From the NCBI GenBank assembly GCA_965205025.1, contig CBDBFU010000009.1, positions 96,001-160,000 on the forward strand: 64,000 nt of DNA, given 5' to 3'. Below the pieces are notes generated by a model. That model saw only the letters and a program-made list of their open reading frames with translations, was not told where the DNA came from and ran no database searches. The stretch comes from Candidatus Poribacteria bacterium. GTDB lineage: Bacteria; Poribacteria; WGA-4E; WGA-3G. The position numbers and the translations under genes were made by a program. Positions 32,894-44,055 of the stretch are shown one piece after another (the stretch's first letter is position 1; every line of letters begins with the position of its first letter).

Positions 32894-33533
32894 TCTCTTC
32901 CCCTTCAGGATCCATAAATTTTCCTTGCAGTTTTTCTGCGGCATTTTCAGTAATCACAAGGTTGTCATGCCACAACACCTCATATATATTCAGCATATCC
33001 CATGTACAACAGTTTACCTTCGGTATATTACGCAGCGAAAGATGTATATTTGGACTATGTTCGTCAAGAACAAACAAAACCTTTCCCTCAAGAGTTAATG
33101 AATTTAGGATTGAAATAATATCTTTGGTTCGGGGACGTTCAAGATTAAAATCTTCAATTAGAATACATTGTTCGTTCTGAAATTTAGCTGATATTGCTGA
33201 TTTTAGACCGAGTAATCGTATTTGTTTAGGGGTATTCTGTCGATAACTGCGTGGTTTTGGTCCGAAAGCAACACCACCGTGTACTCGGATTGGGGATCCT
33301 GCATCTCCTACACGTGCTCTACCTGTTCCTTTCTGTCGATATAATTTCCTACCACTCCCCCTAACTTCACTGCGTTTTTTCGTCGAAGCTGTACCTCGTC
33401 TTTGATTTGCGAGATATGCCACTACACATTGATGTACAACAGCATTATTGACTTCGGCATTTGTGAACGAGTCAGCAAGATTTTTTTCGTGGAGGACTTC
33501 CCCTGATCGATTGTGTACGTTTAATGTTGCCAT
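32883..33533 (-). CDS. rplD: 50S ribosomal protein L4
   Basis: RQKGTGRAR, GGVAFGPKPR. Confidence 0.96.
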   Translation of the reverse strand: MATLNVHNRSGEVLHEKNLADSFTNAEVNNAVVHQCVVAYLANQRRGTASTKKRSEVRGSGRKLYRQKGTGRARVGDAGSPIRVHGGVAFGPKPRSYRQNTPKQIRLLGLKSAISAKFQNEQCILIEDFNLERPRTKDIISILNSLTLEGKVLFVLDEHSPNIHLSLRNIPKVNCCTWDMLNIYEVLWHDNLVITENAAEKLQGKFMDPEGEENER

Positions 33534-33626
33534 AACTCTTTTATAATTCTCCGATATGCTGAAACTTGTCATAAATACCCCGCTATCTATAGAGTCATCG
33601 AGGTATAAAACAATGGTTTTTTAATG

Positions 33627-34283
33627 TTAGTCTTCAGTTCTGTTCTCAACAGAACGTTTAACTGCCTTCCTTATAAGGATGAATCCATTTGTTGGTCCTG
33701 GTATTCCACCCTTAACAACCAACAAGTTTCGTTCCGCATCTGCTTGAATAACTTGTAGATTTTGTACAGTATGTCTTTTTGCCCCATACCGCCCCGGCAT
33801 TCTTTTACCTTTAAAAACTCGTGAAGGTGTGGCACTTGCACCGATAGAGCCACTTCTCCGGAGATCTTGTTCCCCGCCGTGACTCTTTCTACCACCGGCA
33901 AATCCGTACCGTTTAACGACCCCCGTGAACCCGTGCCCTTTTGATGTTCCCGTCACATCTACCAATTCGCCTTCAGAAAATAAACTTGCATCGACAGTAT
34001 CGCCGACAGAAACATCTTCAAGCGTATCAACTGTAAATTCTCTGAGTATTTGTACTGGCTCAATTCCTGCTTTTGCAAACTGTCCACGTCTTGGACTGTT
34101 ACATTTGTTTTCTTTTCGTTTGCCGAATCCTAACTGCACTGCTTGGTAACCATCACGTTCCTGTGTTTTCACTTGAACTATGGGGCATGGACCAGCTTCA
34201 ATAACAGTGGCTGGAATGGCTTTTCCTGTGTCCTCAAAGACTTGGGTCATCCCAACTTTTCTACCAATAATTCCGTTTATCAT
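33627..34283 (-). CDS. rplC: 50S ribosomal protein L3
   Basis: GRKVGMTQVF, DVTGTSKGHGF.G, GSIG. Confidence 0.97.
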   Translation of the reverse strand: MINGIIGRKVGMTQVFEDTGKAIPATVIEAGPCPIVQVKTQERDGYQAVQLGFGKRKENKCNSPRRGQFAKAGIEPVQILREFTVDTLEDVSVGDTVDASLFSEGELVDVTGTSKGHGFTGVVKRYGFAGGRKSHGGEQDLRRSGSIGASATPSRVFKGKRMPGRYGAKRHTVQNLQVIQADAERNLLVVKGGIPGPTNGFILIRKAVKRSVENRTED

Positions 34284-34296
34284 AATCCAAGTTCCC

Positions 34297-34608
34297 TTAG
34301 AGTAATGTGATTTTGACATCCACCCCAGCAGGTAGGTCAAGGCGCATCAGCGCATCAACAGTCTTTGGGGCAGTCTCAAGAATGTCCAGTAACCGTTTAT
34401 GAATTCGCATTTCGAACTGTTCTCGAGACTTTTTGTCTTTGAATGTCGATCTTTGAACAGTATAGATATGCTTTTTCGTTGGCAATGGAATAGGACCGGA
34501 GACTCTCGCCTGGGTTTGTTTAGCAGTTATTGCGATTTGTTTCGCAGACTGATCAAGCAAACGGTAGTCAAAAGCTTTGAGTCTTATGCGAATTTTCTGA
34601 TTGTCCAT
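34297..34608 (-). CDS. rpsJ: 30S ribosomal protein S10
   Basis: [23 protein letters not shown]. Confidence 0.97.
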   Translation of the reverse strand: MDNQKIRIRLKAFDYRLLDQSAKQIAITAKQTQARVSGPIPLPTKKHIYTVQRSTFKDKKSREQFEMRIHKRLLDILETAPKTVDALMRLDLPAGVDVKITLL

Positions 34609-34796
34609 TTCCTGTCTCCTCTTCAAATAGTAACAATGCGTTCCTTTGTAGGCGTTTTTACAATATTAGCATGTATCTTGTCGAAGTAATCTCGACCAAT
34701 TATTAGTCAGTTCCTATTGGTTTTGAACCTTCGACCAGATACATAGATACTTGTATACCCAACGGACAAAGGCACGGATGTTACATGACATCCTTG

Positions 34797-35996
34797 TTAC
34801 TCAATGATTTGAGAGACAACACCTGCTCCGATTGTATGTCCACCTTCACGTATAGCGAATCGAAGTTGTTCTTCCATAGCAATCGGTTTTGATAGTTCAA
34901 CAGTAATCTTTGCGTTATCACCTGGCATAATCATTTCAATACCTTCTTCAAGGTTCATTTCGCCAGTAACGTCCGTTGTACGGAAGTAGAACTGGGGACG
35001 GTACCCACTAAAGAATGGATTCCAACGTCCACCTTCCTCTTTAGTGAGGATATAGGCTTCTGCTTCAAACTTTGTGTGAGGGGTAACGGAACCAGGTACT
35101 GCAAGTACTTGTCCACGTTCAACATCTTCTCTGTCAATACCGCGCAGGAGTGCGCCGATGTTGTCGCCTGCTCTTCCTTCATCAAGGAACTTGTTGAACA
35201 TTTCTACACCGGTAACAACAGTTTCATGTGTATCACGGAGTCCCACGATTTCAATTGTTTCTCCGACTTCAACAATTCCTCTTTCAACACGACCCGTGAC
35301 AACGGTACCCCGTCCACTGATCGTGAAAATGTCTTCAATTGGCATCAAGAACGGTCTTTCTGTATCACGAACCGGCTCAGGAATAAAGTCATCAACAGAA
35401 GACATCAGGTCGAGTATAGGTTTGCATTGATCGCTGGTTGGATCACCTGCAGATTCCATTGCCTCAAGGGCGGAACCGGCAATAATTGGTGTGTCGTCCC
35501 CAGGAAATTCATACTCGTTTAACAATTCTCGTACTTCAAGTTCGACCAATTCTAACAGTTCTTCATCATCCACCATGTCAGCCTTATTAAGGAAGACAAC
35601 CAAAGAAGGAACGTTAACCTGTCTTGCTAAGAGTACGTGCTCCCGTGTCTGTGGCATTGGCCCATCCGCTGCAGAAACAACAAGAATAGCCCCATCCATC
35701 TGGGCGGCACCGGTAATCATATTCTTGATGTAATCGGCGTGTCCCGGACAGTCGACGTGAGCGTAGTGTCGGTTTTCTGTCTCGTATTCAACGTGTGCTG
35801 TGTTAATCGTAATACCACGTTCTTTTTCTTCGGGTGCTTTATCAATGTCCTCATAGGTCATGACATAGTCTTTATCAGCGAGTTTTGATAAAACCATAGT
35901 AATTGCTGCAGTAAGAGTAGTCTTACCATGGTCAACGTGGCCGATTGTACCAATATTAACGTGTGGTTTTGTCCTTTCAAATGCTTGTTTTGCCAT
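34797..35996 (-). CDS. tuf: Elongation factor Tu
   Basis: [35 protein letters not shown]. Confidence 0.99.
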   Translation of the reverse strand: MAKQAFERTKPHVNIGTIGHVDHGKTTLTAAITMVLSKLADKDYVMTYEDIDKAPEEKERGITINTAHVEYETENRHYAHVDCPGHADYIKNMITGAAQMDGAILVVSAADGPMPQTREHVLLARQVNVPSLVVFLNKADMVDDEELLELVELEVRELLNEYEFPGDDTPIIAGSALEAMESAGDPTSDQCKPILDLMSSVDDFIPEPVRDTERPFLMPIEDIFTISGRGTVVTGRVERGIVEVGETIEIVGLRDTHETVVTGVEMFNKFLDEGRAGDNIGALLRGIDREDVERGQVLAVPGSVTPHTKFEAEAYILTKEEGGRWNPFFSGYRPQFYFRTTDVTGEMNLEEGIEMIMPGDNAKITVELSKPIAMEEQLRFAIREGGHTIGAGVVSQIIE

Positions 35997-36248
35997 TTTT
36001 TTGTCCGAACTCCAATATATAGGTTTAGGTATAAAAGTTGCTAAAATCGCTTAACCTGAGTTGAATTTATGTTAATAGGTGTCCAAAATAGACTTACTAA
36101 GTGCATCAATCGTGCCCGAATGTATTCGGACATTCACAATATATAGTCGAATGAGTTTAAATCCCTCGACTTTGCCGTTACATCTACTCTGACCGATTTA
36201 TCGGTCTCTTGCCATCATAAGCGGACAGCATCTAACACCAATTCTTAA

Positions 36249-38360
36249 CTACGATGCTGTTTCTGTGTTTGAGATTAATGTCTCCGCAACACTCGTAGGA
36301 ACTTCTCTATAATGGGCAAATTCCATAGTATAGTTTGCCCGTCCCTGAGTTAGTGAACGAAGTGATTTAACATAACCGAACATTTCAGATAGCGGCACTT
36401 CTACTTGAATTACTTGAATCCGAGATTTAATGTGTGCCACTGTGTCTTTAATATGAGCACGTCGAGAATTAAGATCCCCGATCACCTTCCCAAGATACTC
36501 ATCCGGGACTATAACTTCAACTGCCATCACCGGTTCAAGTAATGCTGATCCTGCTTTCTGGGCAGCCTCCTTAAACGCCATTGATCCAGCAATTGAAAAT
36601 GCCATTTCTGAAGAATCTACTTGATGGTATGAACCATCCAATAGACGTATCCCTACATCTACAACAGGATAACCTGCTAATGTACCATTATTCATTGAAT
36701 TTTGAATGCCTTTTTCAACTGCAGGAATATATTCTTGTGGGATAACTCCACCCTTTGTCTCGTCAATGAATTCAAAACCAGCACCTTTTTCAAGAGGGGT
36801 GACCTCAATAACAACATGTCCGAATAGACCTTTACCACCTGATTGACGGACAAATCTACCTTCTGCCTTAACTGTTTTTAGCAATGTTTCTCGATATGCG
36901 ACTTCAGGTGAGCCAACATTAGCAGACACGTTAAACTCTCTAACAAGTCTATCTACAATGATTTCCAGGTGAAGTTCACCCATACCAGATAAGAGTGTCT
37001 GTCCGGTATCCGGATCTTGATGGATTTTAAATGTTGGATCTTCTTCAGCTAATTTTGAAAGAGCGAGATTTAATTTATCAATATCTGATTGTGAACGGGG
37101 TTCCACTGATACAGACATCACAGGAAGCGGGAATTCCATAGTTTCTAATGCGATGTGAGCTGTAGGATCACATATCGTATCACCTGTACTTAGATCTTTT
37201 AGACCAATGGCAGCCACAATATCACCAGCAGCTACGGATTGATGTTCTTCCCGTTTGTTAGCATGCATCTGCATTAACCTGCCGATCCGTTCAAATTTTT
37301 CAGTTTTACTGTTATAAACAGTATCGCCTTTATTTAGCACACCGGAGTAAACTCTCAAATATGTAAGTTTTCCAACATGTGGATCAGTAGTAATTTTAAA
37401 TGCTAAGGCACAGAACGGTGCATCTTTATCAGCGGGTCTGTCTTCTTCTTCCTCTGATTTTGGATTTATACCTACAACAGGTTTTACATCTGTGGGTGCA
37501 GGTAGATATGAAATAATAGCATCCAGTAATGGCTGAACCCCTTTGTTTTTTAATGCAGTACCACAAAGGACAGGAACAACATTCTCCTTTATAACTGCTT
37601 GGCGTAATCCATTCTTAATTTCTTCAGGGGTAAACTCAGCACCCGTAAGATATTTGTCAGCCAGTTCATCATCACATTCTCCAATGACAGAAATTAGGTG
37701 TTCTCGGTATTCTTGTGCCATTTCTTCCATCTCAGGTGGAATATCGGTTTCATGAATCACAGCTCCAAGACTTCCTTCATCCCACAGTTGACCTTTCATT
37801 GAAATAAGGTCAACAATACCTTTAAATTGTTCAGCGGATCCAATTGGTATTTGAAGTGGTACAACAGTTGCCCCTAACCGTTCACCCATCATTTCAACAG
37901 TACGAAAATAATCTGCACCCGTTCTATCCATCTTATTGATGAAAGCAATCCTTGGTATTTCGTATTTATCTGCTTGCCGCCAGACAGTCTCGGATTGTGG
38001 TTCCACACCTCCAACCGCACAGAATACAGCGACAGCTCCATCCAGAACTCTAAGCGACCTTTCTACTTCGACGGTAAAATCAATATGTCCGGGTGTATCT
38101 ATAATATTAATTTGATGGTCTTTCCAACGACATGTTGTTGATGCAGCGGTAATAGTAATTCCGCGTTCCTGTTCTTGTACCATCCAATCCATTGTGGTCG
38201 TGCCATCATCAACCTCACCGATACGATATACCCTTCCCGTATAATATAAGATACGTTCGGTTACAGTAGTTTTACCGGCATCAATATGAGCCATGATACC
38301 GATATTCCGAGTATTAGATAGGGTTGTTCGGTTTGTTGTCTTTTGATTCTTGTCCGACAC
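36249..38360 (-). CDS. fusA: Elongation factor G (str operon copy)
   Basis: [33 protein letters not shown]. Confidence 0.98.
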   Translation of the reverse strand: MSDKNQKTTNRTTLSNTRNIGIMAHIDAGKTTVTERILYYTGRVYRIGEVDDGTTTMDWMVQEQERGITITAASTTCRWKDHQINIIDTPGHIDFTVEVERSLRVLDGAVAVFCAVGGVEPQSETVWRQADKYEIPRIAFINKMDRTGADYFRTVEMMGERLGATVVPLQIPIGSAEQFKGIVDLISMKGQLWDEGSLGAVIHETDIPPEMEEMAQEYREHLISVIGECDDELADKYLTGAEFTPEEIKNGLRQAVIKENVVPVLCGTALKNKGVQPLLDAIISYLPAPTDVKPVVGINPKSEEEEDRPADKDAPFCALAFKITTDPHVGKLTYLRVYSGVLNKGDTVYNSKTEKFERIGRLMQMHANKREEHQSVAAGDIVAAIGLKDLSTGDTICDPTAHIALETMEFPLPVMSVSVEPRSQSDIDKLNLALSKLAEEDPTFKIHQDPDTGQTLLSGMGELHLEIIVDRLVREFNVSANVGSPEVAYRETLLKTVKAEGRFVRQSGGKGLFGHVVIEVTPLEKGAGFEFIDETKGGVIPQEYIPAVEKGIQNSMNNGTLAGYPVVDVGIRLLDGSYHQVDSSEMAFSIAGSMAFKEAAQKAGSALLEPVMAVEVIVPDEYLGKVIGDLNSRRAHIKDTVAHIKSRIQVIQVEVPLSEMFGYVKSLRSLTQGRANYTMEFAHYREVPTSVAETLISNTETAS

Positions 38361-38433
38361 AGTTCTAAACTCCTTATTTCGTCGGTTAATTATGACACCG
38401 TTTCACAATTTCCGTTGTCTATTTATGATGACC

Positions 38434-38904
38434 TTACCATCTATAATGAGCAAATGCTCTATTAGCTTCTGCCATTCGGTGTTGTTCTTGTTTTCTTCGA
38501 ATTGCAGCACCTTCGTTCTGAGATGCTTCCATTAATTCAGCTGCCAATCGGGCTGCCATTCCTTTTTCACCGCGATCTCTTGCAGATTGAATAATCCAGT
38601 TAACTGCCAATGTAGTACGTCGTTCTGCTTTTACATCCACAGGGACTTGATATGTTTGACTTCCGACGCGCCTTGGACGTATTTCTAACACAGGCTTAAC
38701 ATTATTGATAGCCTGACGAAATACCTCAAACCCTTCTTCATTTGTGCGTTCTGAAATAATATCAAAACTGGAATAAACAATCCGTTGTGCTGTGCCCTTC
38801 TTACCATCCCACATCAGATGATTAATAAACTTTGATACTAATTTACTGTTGTGAACAGCATCAGCACTGACTTCCCTTTTTGCGACGTTACCGCGTCTTG
38901 GCAT
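38434..38904 (-). CDS. rpsG: 30S ribosomal protein S7
   Basis: MPRRG, RRVGSQTYQVP, HRMAEANRAFAHYRW. Confidence 0.98.
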   Translation of the reverse strand: MPRRGNVAKREVSADAVHNSKLVSKFINHLMWDGKKGTAQRIVYSSFDIISERTNEEGFEVFRQAINNVKPVLEIRPRRVGSQTYQVPVDVKAERRTTLAVNWIIQSARDRGEKGMAARLAAELMEASQNEGAAIRRKQEQHRMAEANRAFAHYRW

Positions 38905-38964
38905 CTATAATTCCTCCAGAATTCACGAGCATCCATGCTCGTTCCCAGTCGATTAACATACAAA

Positions 38965-39339
38965 TTAACCGGGTTTCCGTGCGCCATATTTTGAACGTCC
39001 TTGGCGACGGTTTTCTACTCCAGCAGTATCTAATTTTCCACGAACAATGTGATATCTTACGTTTGACAAATCCTTAACCCGTCCACCACGAACCAAAACA
39101 ACTGAGTGTTCCTGTAAATTGTGATCAATCCCTGGAATATAACAAGTTGCTTCATCAGCAGAGGATGTGAACCTGACACGAGCCACCTTCCGTAGAGCGG
39201 AGTTCGGCTTGTTTGGTGTTACCGTTTTAACCTGTAAACAGATCCCTCTGCGTTGTGGACACTGTTGTAGGATTGGTGATTTTGTTTTCTTACGATATTT
39301 CTTGCGTGGCTTCTTAATTAATTGATTAATTGTCGGCAT
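38965..39339 (-). CDS. rpsL: 30S ribosomal protein S12
   Basis: [30 protein letters not shown]. Confidence 0.98.
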   Translation of the reverse strand: MPTINQLIKKPRKKYRKKTKSPILQQCPQRRGICLQVKTVTPNKPNSALRKVARVRFTSSADEATCYIPGIDHNLQEHSVVLVRGGRVKDLSNVRYHIVRGKLDTAGVENRRQGRSKYGARKPG

Positions 39340-39530
39340 CTCCAAACCTCACTGATAACGACTCTAAGTTTGAACTTAAGGCTTCTACAAAAGAAAAAAG
39401 CCTTTACAAGGCTTTATTCAATAGAATACACTATAACGTTGCTGCGAAAACGACGTTAGACTGTTTCCAAATTGAATGCCCCCTGTTTGTTTCTATATTC
39501 GAAACCTACTATACCACTCAAAACCTTACT

Positions 39531-39559
39531 ATTATACTCGCGATTCTACAAATTGTCAA
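39531..39559 (-). promoter_or_regulatory. Consensus sigma70 promoter of the str/ribosomal cluster
   Basis: Minus strand TTGACA-17 bp-TATAAT, ~190 bp upstream of rpsL. Confidence 0.85.
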
Positions 39560-39619
39560 ATTATAATATGAAAATTACTGAAATTATATATATATATTTT
39601 TTATGGATTGGAGAAATAA

Positions 39620-40852
39620 TTATGATTTAAGTACTTTTCCGCGTAGTATTAAGGTTTGAACAACCAAATTCTTATCTACAATCACAACGTCAGCTTCTTT
39701 ACCTTGTGCAATTGACCCAATACGATCATCTACACCTAAATTTTGTGCGGGTGTTAACGTTGCCATTGTCAAGGATTCTTCTAATGAATATCCCCACCTC
39801 ATTACATTACGGACACCATCCATCAAGGTAATTATCGCCCCGGCAAGACGTTCCGTAGGTTCCCCTACATCCAACCACATTGCACCATCTCTTATATATT
39901 TCTGTGATTCTGAATCTTCTGATCCATTAATTCTGTATGCATCAAGTTCAGATACATAAACTGCATCTTCCTGCCATTCTTCTGTTGAAATTCCAGCATG
40001 CTCAGTACAATCTGTAATCAATCCAACATCTTTAATCCCTTTATGGTCAATAAGTTGTTTTCCCCAGAAGGAGTGTACGTGGTGTTCATCCACTATCAAT
40101 TCGGCATGTATATTCGGATGTGAAAAGACCGCTTCAAGGGCACCAAGGTCTCGGTGATGCATTCCACTCATACCGTTAAACGTATGTGTTACTCGTGTGA
40201 TCCCAGCGTCAAAAGCATTCATCGCTTGTTGATATGTAGCATTAGTGTGTCCCATGGCAATGACTATGTCATTATATGCATCTGCCTTAAATGTATTTAG
40301 GTGTTTGATAAACTGTAAATTCCTATCGTTTTCAGGTGCGACAGAAATAACTTTCAATGTACCGTCTGAAGCTGCCCACATAGAATGAAATTCTTCAAAG
40401 TTTGGTGGCGTGATATATTTCGCATTCTGTGCCCCATTTTTCTCAAGACTTCCAAATTTCCCTTCAACATACGAACCGATGATCCGCGCACCATCTTCTA
40501 CGGGTTGATCAGCAACATGGGCGATTGCTGTTAGGGATGCGTTTATCTGCTCCATACTTCCAGAGGAGATACCAACTACCAACGAGGTGACTCCATTTGC
40601 TGCATGTGCTCGTGCTATTGTTTCAATATCCTCAACTTTGCCCGTCATGCTATCAAGACCACCTCCCCCATGGATTAATCCGTCTATCAATCCTGGGATT
40701 ACGTAACATCCCGCGGCATCAATTTCCTCTTCTGATGGAGGTAGATTTTCTTTCGTAATCGTTGATATTTTTCCATCTTGAATGACGATATTCCCTTGAC
40801 CGAAATATGTAGGGGTATAGATATCACCATTGACAATCGTTAGTTTTTCCAT
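39620..40852 (-). CDS. nagA: N-acetylglucosamine-6-phosphate deacetylase family amidohydrolase
   Basis: PGLID..IHGGGG, GHTNATY, THTFNGM, RLAG, ATLTPA..LG. Confidence 0.8.
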   Translation of the reverse strand: MEKLTIVNGDIYTPTYFGQGNIVIQDGKISTITKENLPPSEEEIDAAGCYVIPGLIDGLIHGGGGLDSMTGKVEDIETIARAHAANGVTSLVVGISSGSMEQINASLTAIAHVADQPVEDGARIIGSYVEGKFGSLEKNGAQNAKYITPPNFEEFHSMWAASDGTLKVISVAPENDRNLQFIKHLNTFKADAYNDIVIAMGHTNATYQQAMNAFDAGITRVTHTFNGMSGMHHRDLGALEAVFSHPNIHAELIVDEHHVHSFWGKQLIDHKGIKDVGLITDCTEHAGISTEEWQEDAVYVSELDAYRINGSEDSESQKYIRDGAMWLDVGEPTERLAGAIITLMDGVRNVMRWGYSLEESLTMATLTPAQNLGVDDRIGSIAQGKEADVVIVDKNLVVQTLILRGKVLKS

Positions 40853-40916
40853 ACCAAAAATACCTCTGTGAAACACAGAGGTAACTAAATAAGTCCTTTC
40901 CTTCCTTATAGAATTA

Positions 40917-41135
40917 CAATAGTTTGGACAGTTTTAAGCGATACACATTTCGCCCCGCTGGGGCTTGGACCTTGGGAGGTATGACGTTTCTACACACATT
41001 TCGCCCCGCTGGGGCTACACTTTAGTCCATCCGAGTTTATTTTTCTCAGAGTCGGATTGGCGTGAGTAACGTGGTGAAAAACAGAAACACTGTGAATATA
41101 GGTGTAGCACCTCTCAGAAATTGTCCAAACTATAG
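40917..41135. mobile_element. 219 bp MITE with 10 bp target site duplication, carrying two REP-like hairpins
   Basis: TIRs CAATAGTTTGGACA / TGTCCAAACTATAG; flanking direct repeat TATAGAATTA at 40907-40916 and 41136-41145; two copies of CACATTTCGCCCCGCTGGGGCT. Confidence 0.85.
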
Positions 41136-41160
41136 TATAGAATTAGTTTTTGAGATTATT

Positions 41161-41805
41161 TTAAATCTGTTCTGATACCCATAATATGCCTTGTGCGATA
41201 AATTGCAAAAATGGTTCCAACTCGAAATCCTGTTGGTGTCCCAAAGATGTATAGAATATCCTACCAGCATTATGCAAACGTGTCCAAGCCACCGGTTCGG
41301 TATTTTCATCCGTGTGTCCCATCAACAATACAGATGTATCATCACTAAGAGATGGATTTTTATATAGACTTCCATAACTTACAAATTCAGGTATATCCCT
41401 CAGAATAGGATGACTTTGTGAAATATCTTCTAAACGGACAGTGGGACCGTGCCCGTAGTGTCCTTGATAATCTCCACCTAACACAACCTTATCGAATTCC
41501 AACCAGTTCTGATATGCATGGCTTGCAGTTCTTATCCCAACTATAGGTTTTCCTTGTTCACAATAGGATTGAAAGAGATTTAGGGATTCACCTTCTGTAT
41601 TAAGACGTCTTGTATACACCAATAACACATCGGCATCATTTATTGCTTCCAAGGAGGGATCATCATCTTCAGATTGGTAGACGATTAAATTAGCTTGGAT
41701 CGGATAATTTTTCTCGATAAAGCTTTTAAATATAGTCAAAGATTCTTCTGAATCGTATTCAAATGAACCAGAAAGCATACACAAGTTTAACACAGCGTAC
41801 TCCAA
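41161..41805 (-). CDS. ThuA-like (class I glutamine amidotransferase-fold) protein
   Basis: GIRTASHA, GHYG, EPVAWT...GRIFYTSLGH. Confidence 0.85.
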   Translation of the reverse strand: MEYAVLNLCMLSGSFEYDSEESLTIFKSFIEKNYPIQANLIVYQSEDDDPSLEAINDADVLLVYTRRLNTEGESLNLFQSYCEQGKPIVGIRTASHAYQNWLEFDKVVLGGDYQGHYGHGPTVRLEDISQSHPILRDIPEFVSYGSLYKNPSLSDDTSVLLMGHTDENTEPVAWTRLHNAGRIFYTSLGHQQDFELEPFLQFIAQGILWVSEQI

Positions 41806-41819
41806 TAAATAATACTTTT

Positions 41820-42323
41820 CTATTTCTTTTCTAAAAAAAGAAAACTGTAAGCGTGTGGATTCTTTTCATCTTTTTCACAGTCAATACGTTCTATTTCATC
41901 CCAATCTTCAATATCAAATGCTGGAAAATAGACATCTCCCTCAAATATAGCATGAACCTGTGTGAGGTATAACCGACTTGCATAAGGTAGGAAGGCTTCG
42001 TATATTGGAGCCCCACCACATATCATCAATTCTAATTCTTCATTATCAGAAAGTGTTTCGACAGTCTTTAGAACATCCTCAACAGAATGAGAAATAATAC
42101 AACCTTCAGGTGCTTCATAATCCTGATTGCGTGTAAGGATGATGTTTTGTCGGTTTGCTAACGGATTCGGAAGCGTTTCAAATGTCTTACGTCCCATAAC
42201 TACAGGTTTACCAATCGTCATATCTTTGAAATGACGTAGATCAGCAGGTAATTTCCATGGGATACGTGGACCGTTGCCTATGAGTCGGTTTTTATCCATT
42301 GCTGCAATCATTGAAACCCGCAC
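41820..42323 (-). CDS. folA: Dihydrofolate reductase
   Basis: IPWKLPADL, VMGRKTFE, GGAPIY, GDVYFP. Confidence 0.95.
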   Translation of the reverse strand: MRVSMIAAMDKNRLIGNGPRIPWKLPADLRHFKDMTIGKPVVMGRKTFETLPNPLANRQNIILTRNQDYEAPEGCIISHSVEDVLKTVETLSDNEELELMICGGAPIYEAFLPYASRLYLTQVHAIFEGDVYFPAFDIEDWDEIERIDCEKDEKNPHAYSFLFLEKK

Positions 42324-42369
42324 TATAACAAATACTCCAATTTTTAATGAAATTTATCTCATTAAAATA

Positions 42370-43074
42370 TCACTGCTTTGAATCAATTTGATAGTGCCAT
42401 GTCCAACTAAGTTTATTGTTGCTGAAACTGTTAGCACCGCCATTATTTCCAAGTCTTTCATGTGGTTCTATTAACCCCTGAATTGGAAACCTCCGTTTCT
42501 CTGAGTAATTTTCACCAAAATCAAAAACTAATGTATCATCGATAATTTTAAAAGTAACTCTCTGGTCCGTATCAGCACCTCTATAGAACTTTTTCCGTAG
42601 ATTGGTAAAGATAAGATTCCCAACGGAAGTATTTTCAATTGTAAAATGAATCATAAGCCAGTTTCCTGTGCGAAAAATAGCATATTTCTCTTGCATCCTT
42701 AATCCTGTGGAAATATTTGCTGTTGAGAGTTGTAAACGATGAATAAGTTGCAAATCATCCACCTTAGTAAAATACAACAAAGTGGAGCCATCTAACTTGT
42801 TGACACCTCTGAATTGCATATTACTATCTAATTCAGGACTTTGGTGTGAAAGTGAAAAAGTCTGTTTCTCTATACCACTACCCCTATCGTATTCAAGGTT
42901 CAACTGATTGGGTTTAAGTTGAGCATTTACTATTTTCCACTTCTTTGGTAATGATACTTCAACCGTACATCGATCATTATTCCCAATGAACCCATCATAA
43001 TGCAGTTCTTGTTTGACGCTACAACTACTACACAGCAATATAAAACTAACTATGTGTATTATCAATACTCTCAT
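42370..43074 (-). CDS. Hypothetical putative lipoprotein
   Basis: Hydrophobic N-terminus ending LCSSC; no recognised domain. Confidence 0.6.
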   Translation of the reverse strand: MRVLIIHIVSFILLCSSCSVKQELHYDGFIGNNDRCTVEVSLPKKWKIVNAQLKPNQLNLEYDRGSGIEKQTFSLSHQSPELDSNMQFRGVNKLDGSTLLYFTKVDDLQLIHRLQLSTANISTGLRMQEKYAIFRTGNWLMIHFTIENTSVGNLIFTNLRKKFYRGADTDQRVTFKIIDDTLVFDFGENYSEKRRFPIQGLIEPHERLGNNGGANSFSNNKLSWTWHYQIDSKQ

Positions 43075-43190
43075 CAGTTGTTCTCTGGAGGTATGTAAGG
43101 AAATGATTAACGATCAATTAAAGTGGAATTGTCAAACGGACGTTTTTTCTCTGAGACCACTGTTTGATCCTCTGCCATTGGCGTTCTTCC

Positions 43191-43988
43191 TTAGACTAAC
43201 ATCTCAGCACGAATTGGATCGTGATGGTGATACTCATTTAACTGGATATCTTGCATTTTAAAATTATCAATAGCAGTTACATCCGTGTTAAGGATAAGTT
43301 CTGGTAAGGGTAAGGGTTGCCGTTTGATCTGTGTTTTCACTTGGTCAAAATGTGCATGGTAGATGTGTGCATCCCCTAAAGTATGTATAAATTCACTCGG
43401 TTGAAGATCTGTAATCTGTGCTACCATTGATAGAAGTAGTGAATAGGATGCGATATTAAAAGGGACACCCAAAAACATATCACAACTCCGCTGATACATC
43501 TGTAATGATAACTTCCCATCTGCTACAAAGAATTGGAAAAACATATGACATGGTGCGAGTGCCATCTGGTCTAATTCTGCTGGATTCCAAGCAGTAACAA
43601 TATGCCTACGACTATTTGGATTCGTCTTGATTTGTTCAATTACCTCTGCCAACTGATCAATTCTTCCGTTCTCTTTCCGCCAACGTCGCCATTGAACACC
43701 ATAGATACAACCGAGCGCACCATCGCGTCCCCATGCCTCAGCATTTGCATTCCAAATTTTTGTACCAAGTTTTTGGAATTGTTTTACGTGGTCGTACCCT
43801 CGTAAGAATCCTAATAATTCCGCTTTAACTGATTTGAAAGCAAGTTTCTTTGTAGTGACCGCTGGGAAACCATCTTCCAAATTATATCGCATCTGCATGC
43901 CAAATAAGGTACGTGTTTTCCCGTTTCTACCCTCTCTATCTACACCTGCCTCTAAAATCTGTTGAAGTCCTTCAATATACTGTTTCAT
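43191..43988 (-). CDS. thyA: Thymidylate synthase
   Basis: SRRHIVTAWNP, LAPCH, YQRSCDMFLGVPFNIASY, GDAHIY. Confidence 0.97.
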   Translation of the reverse strand: MKQYIEGLQQILEAGVDREGRNGKTRTLFGMQMRYNLEDGFPAVTTKKLAFKSVKAELLGFLRGYDHVKQFQKLGTKIWNANAEAWGRDGALGCIYGVQWRRWRKENGRIDQLAEVIEQIKTNPNSRRHIVTAWNPAELDQMALAPCHMFFQFFVADGKLSLQMYQRSCDMFLGVPFNIASYSLLLSMVAQITDLQPSEFIHTLGDAHIYHAHFDQVKTQIKRQPLPLPELILNTDVTAIDNFKMQDIQLNEYHHHDPIRAEMLV

Positions 43989-44055
43989 GTTGACTATTAT
44001 CGCTCCCAGAAAGTTTAACTATTTCCTGCATAAAAACGTCTATACAGAAATAAGG

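Noticed and set aside
1994-38535. Numerous short antisense or overlapping ORFs in the track
   Set aside because: Shadows of well-supported genes on the other strand or frame, with no independent motifs
40941-41016. Two 22 bp direct repeats with a spacer as a mini CRISPR array
   Set aside because: Only two units, inside a TSD-bounded MITE, REP-like hairpins, no cas genes
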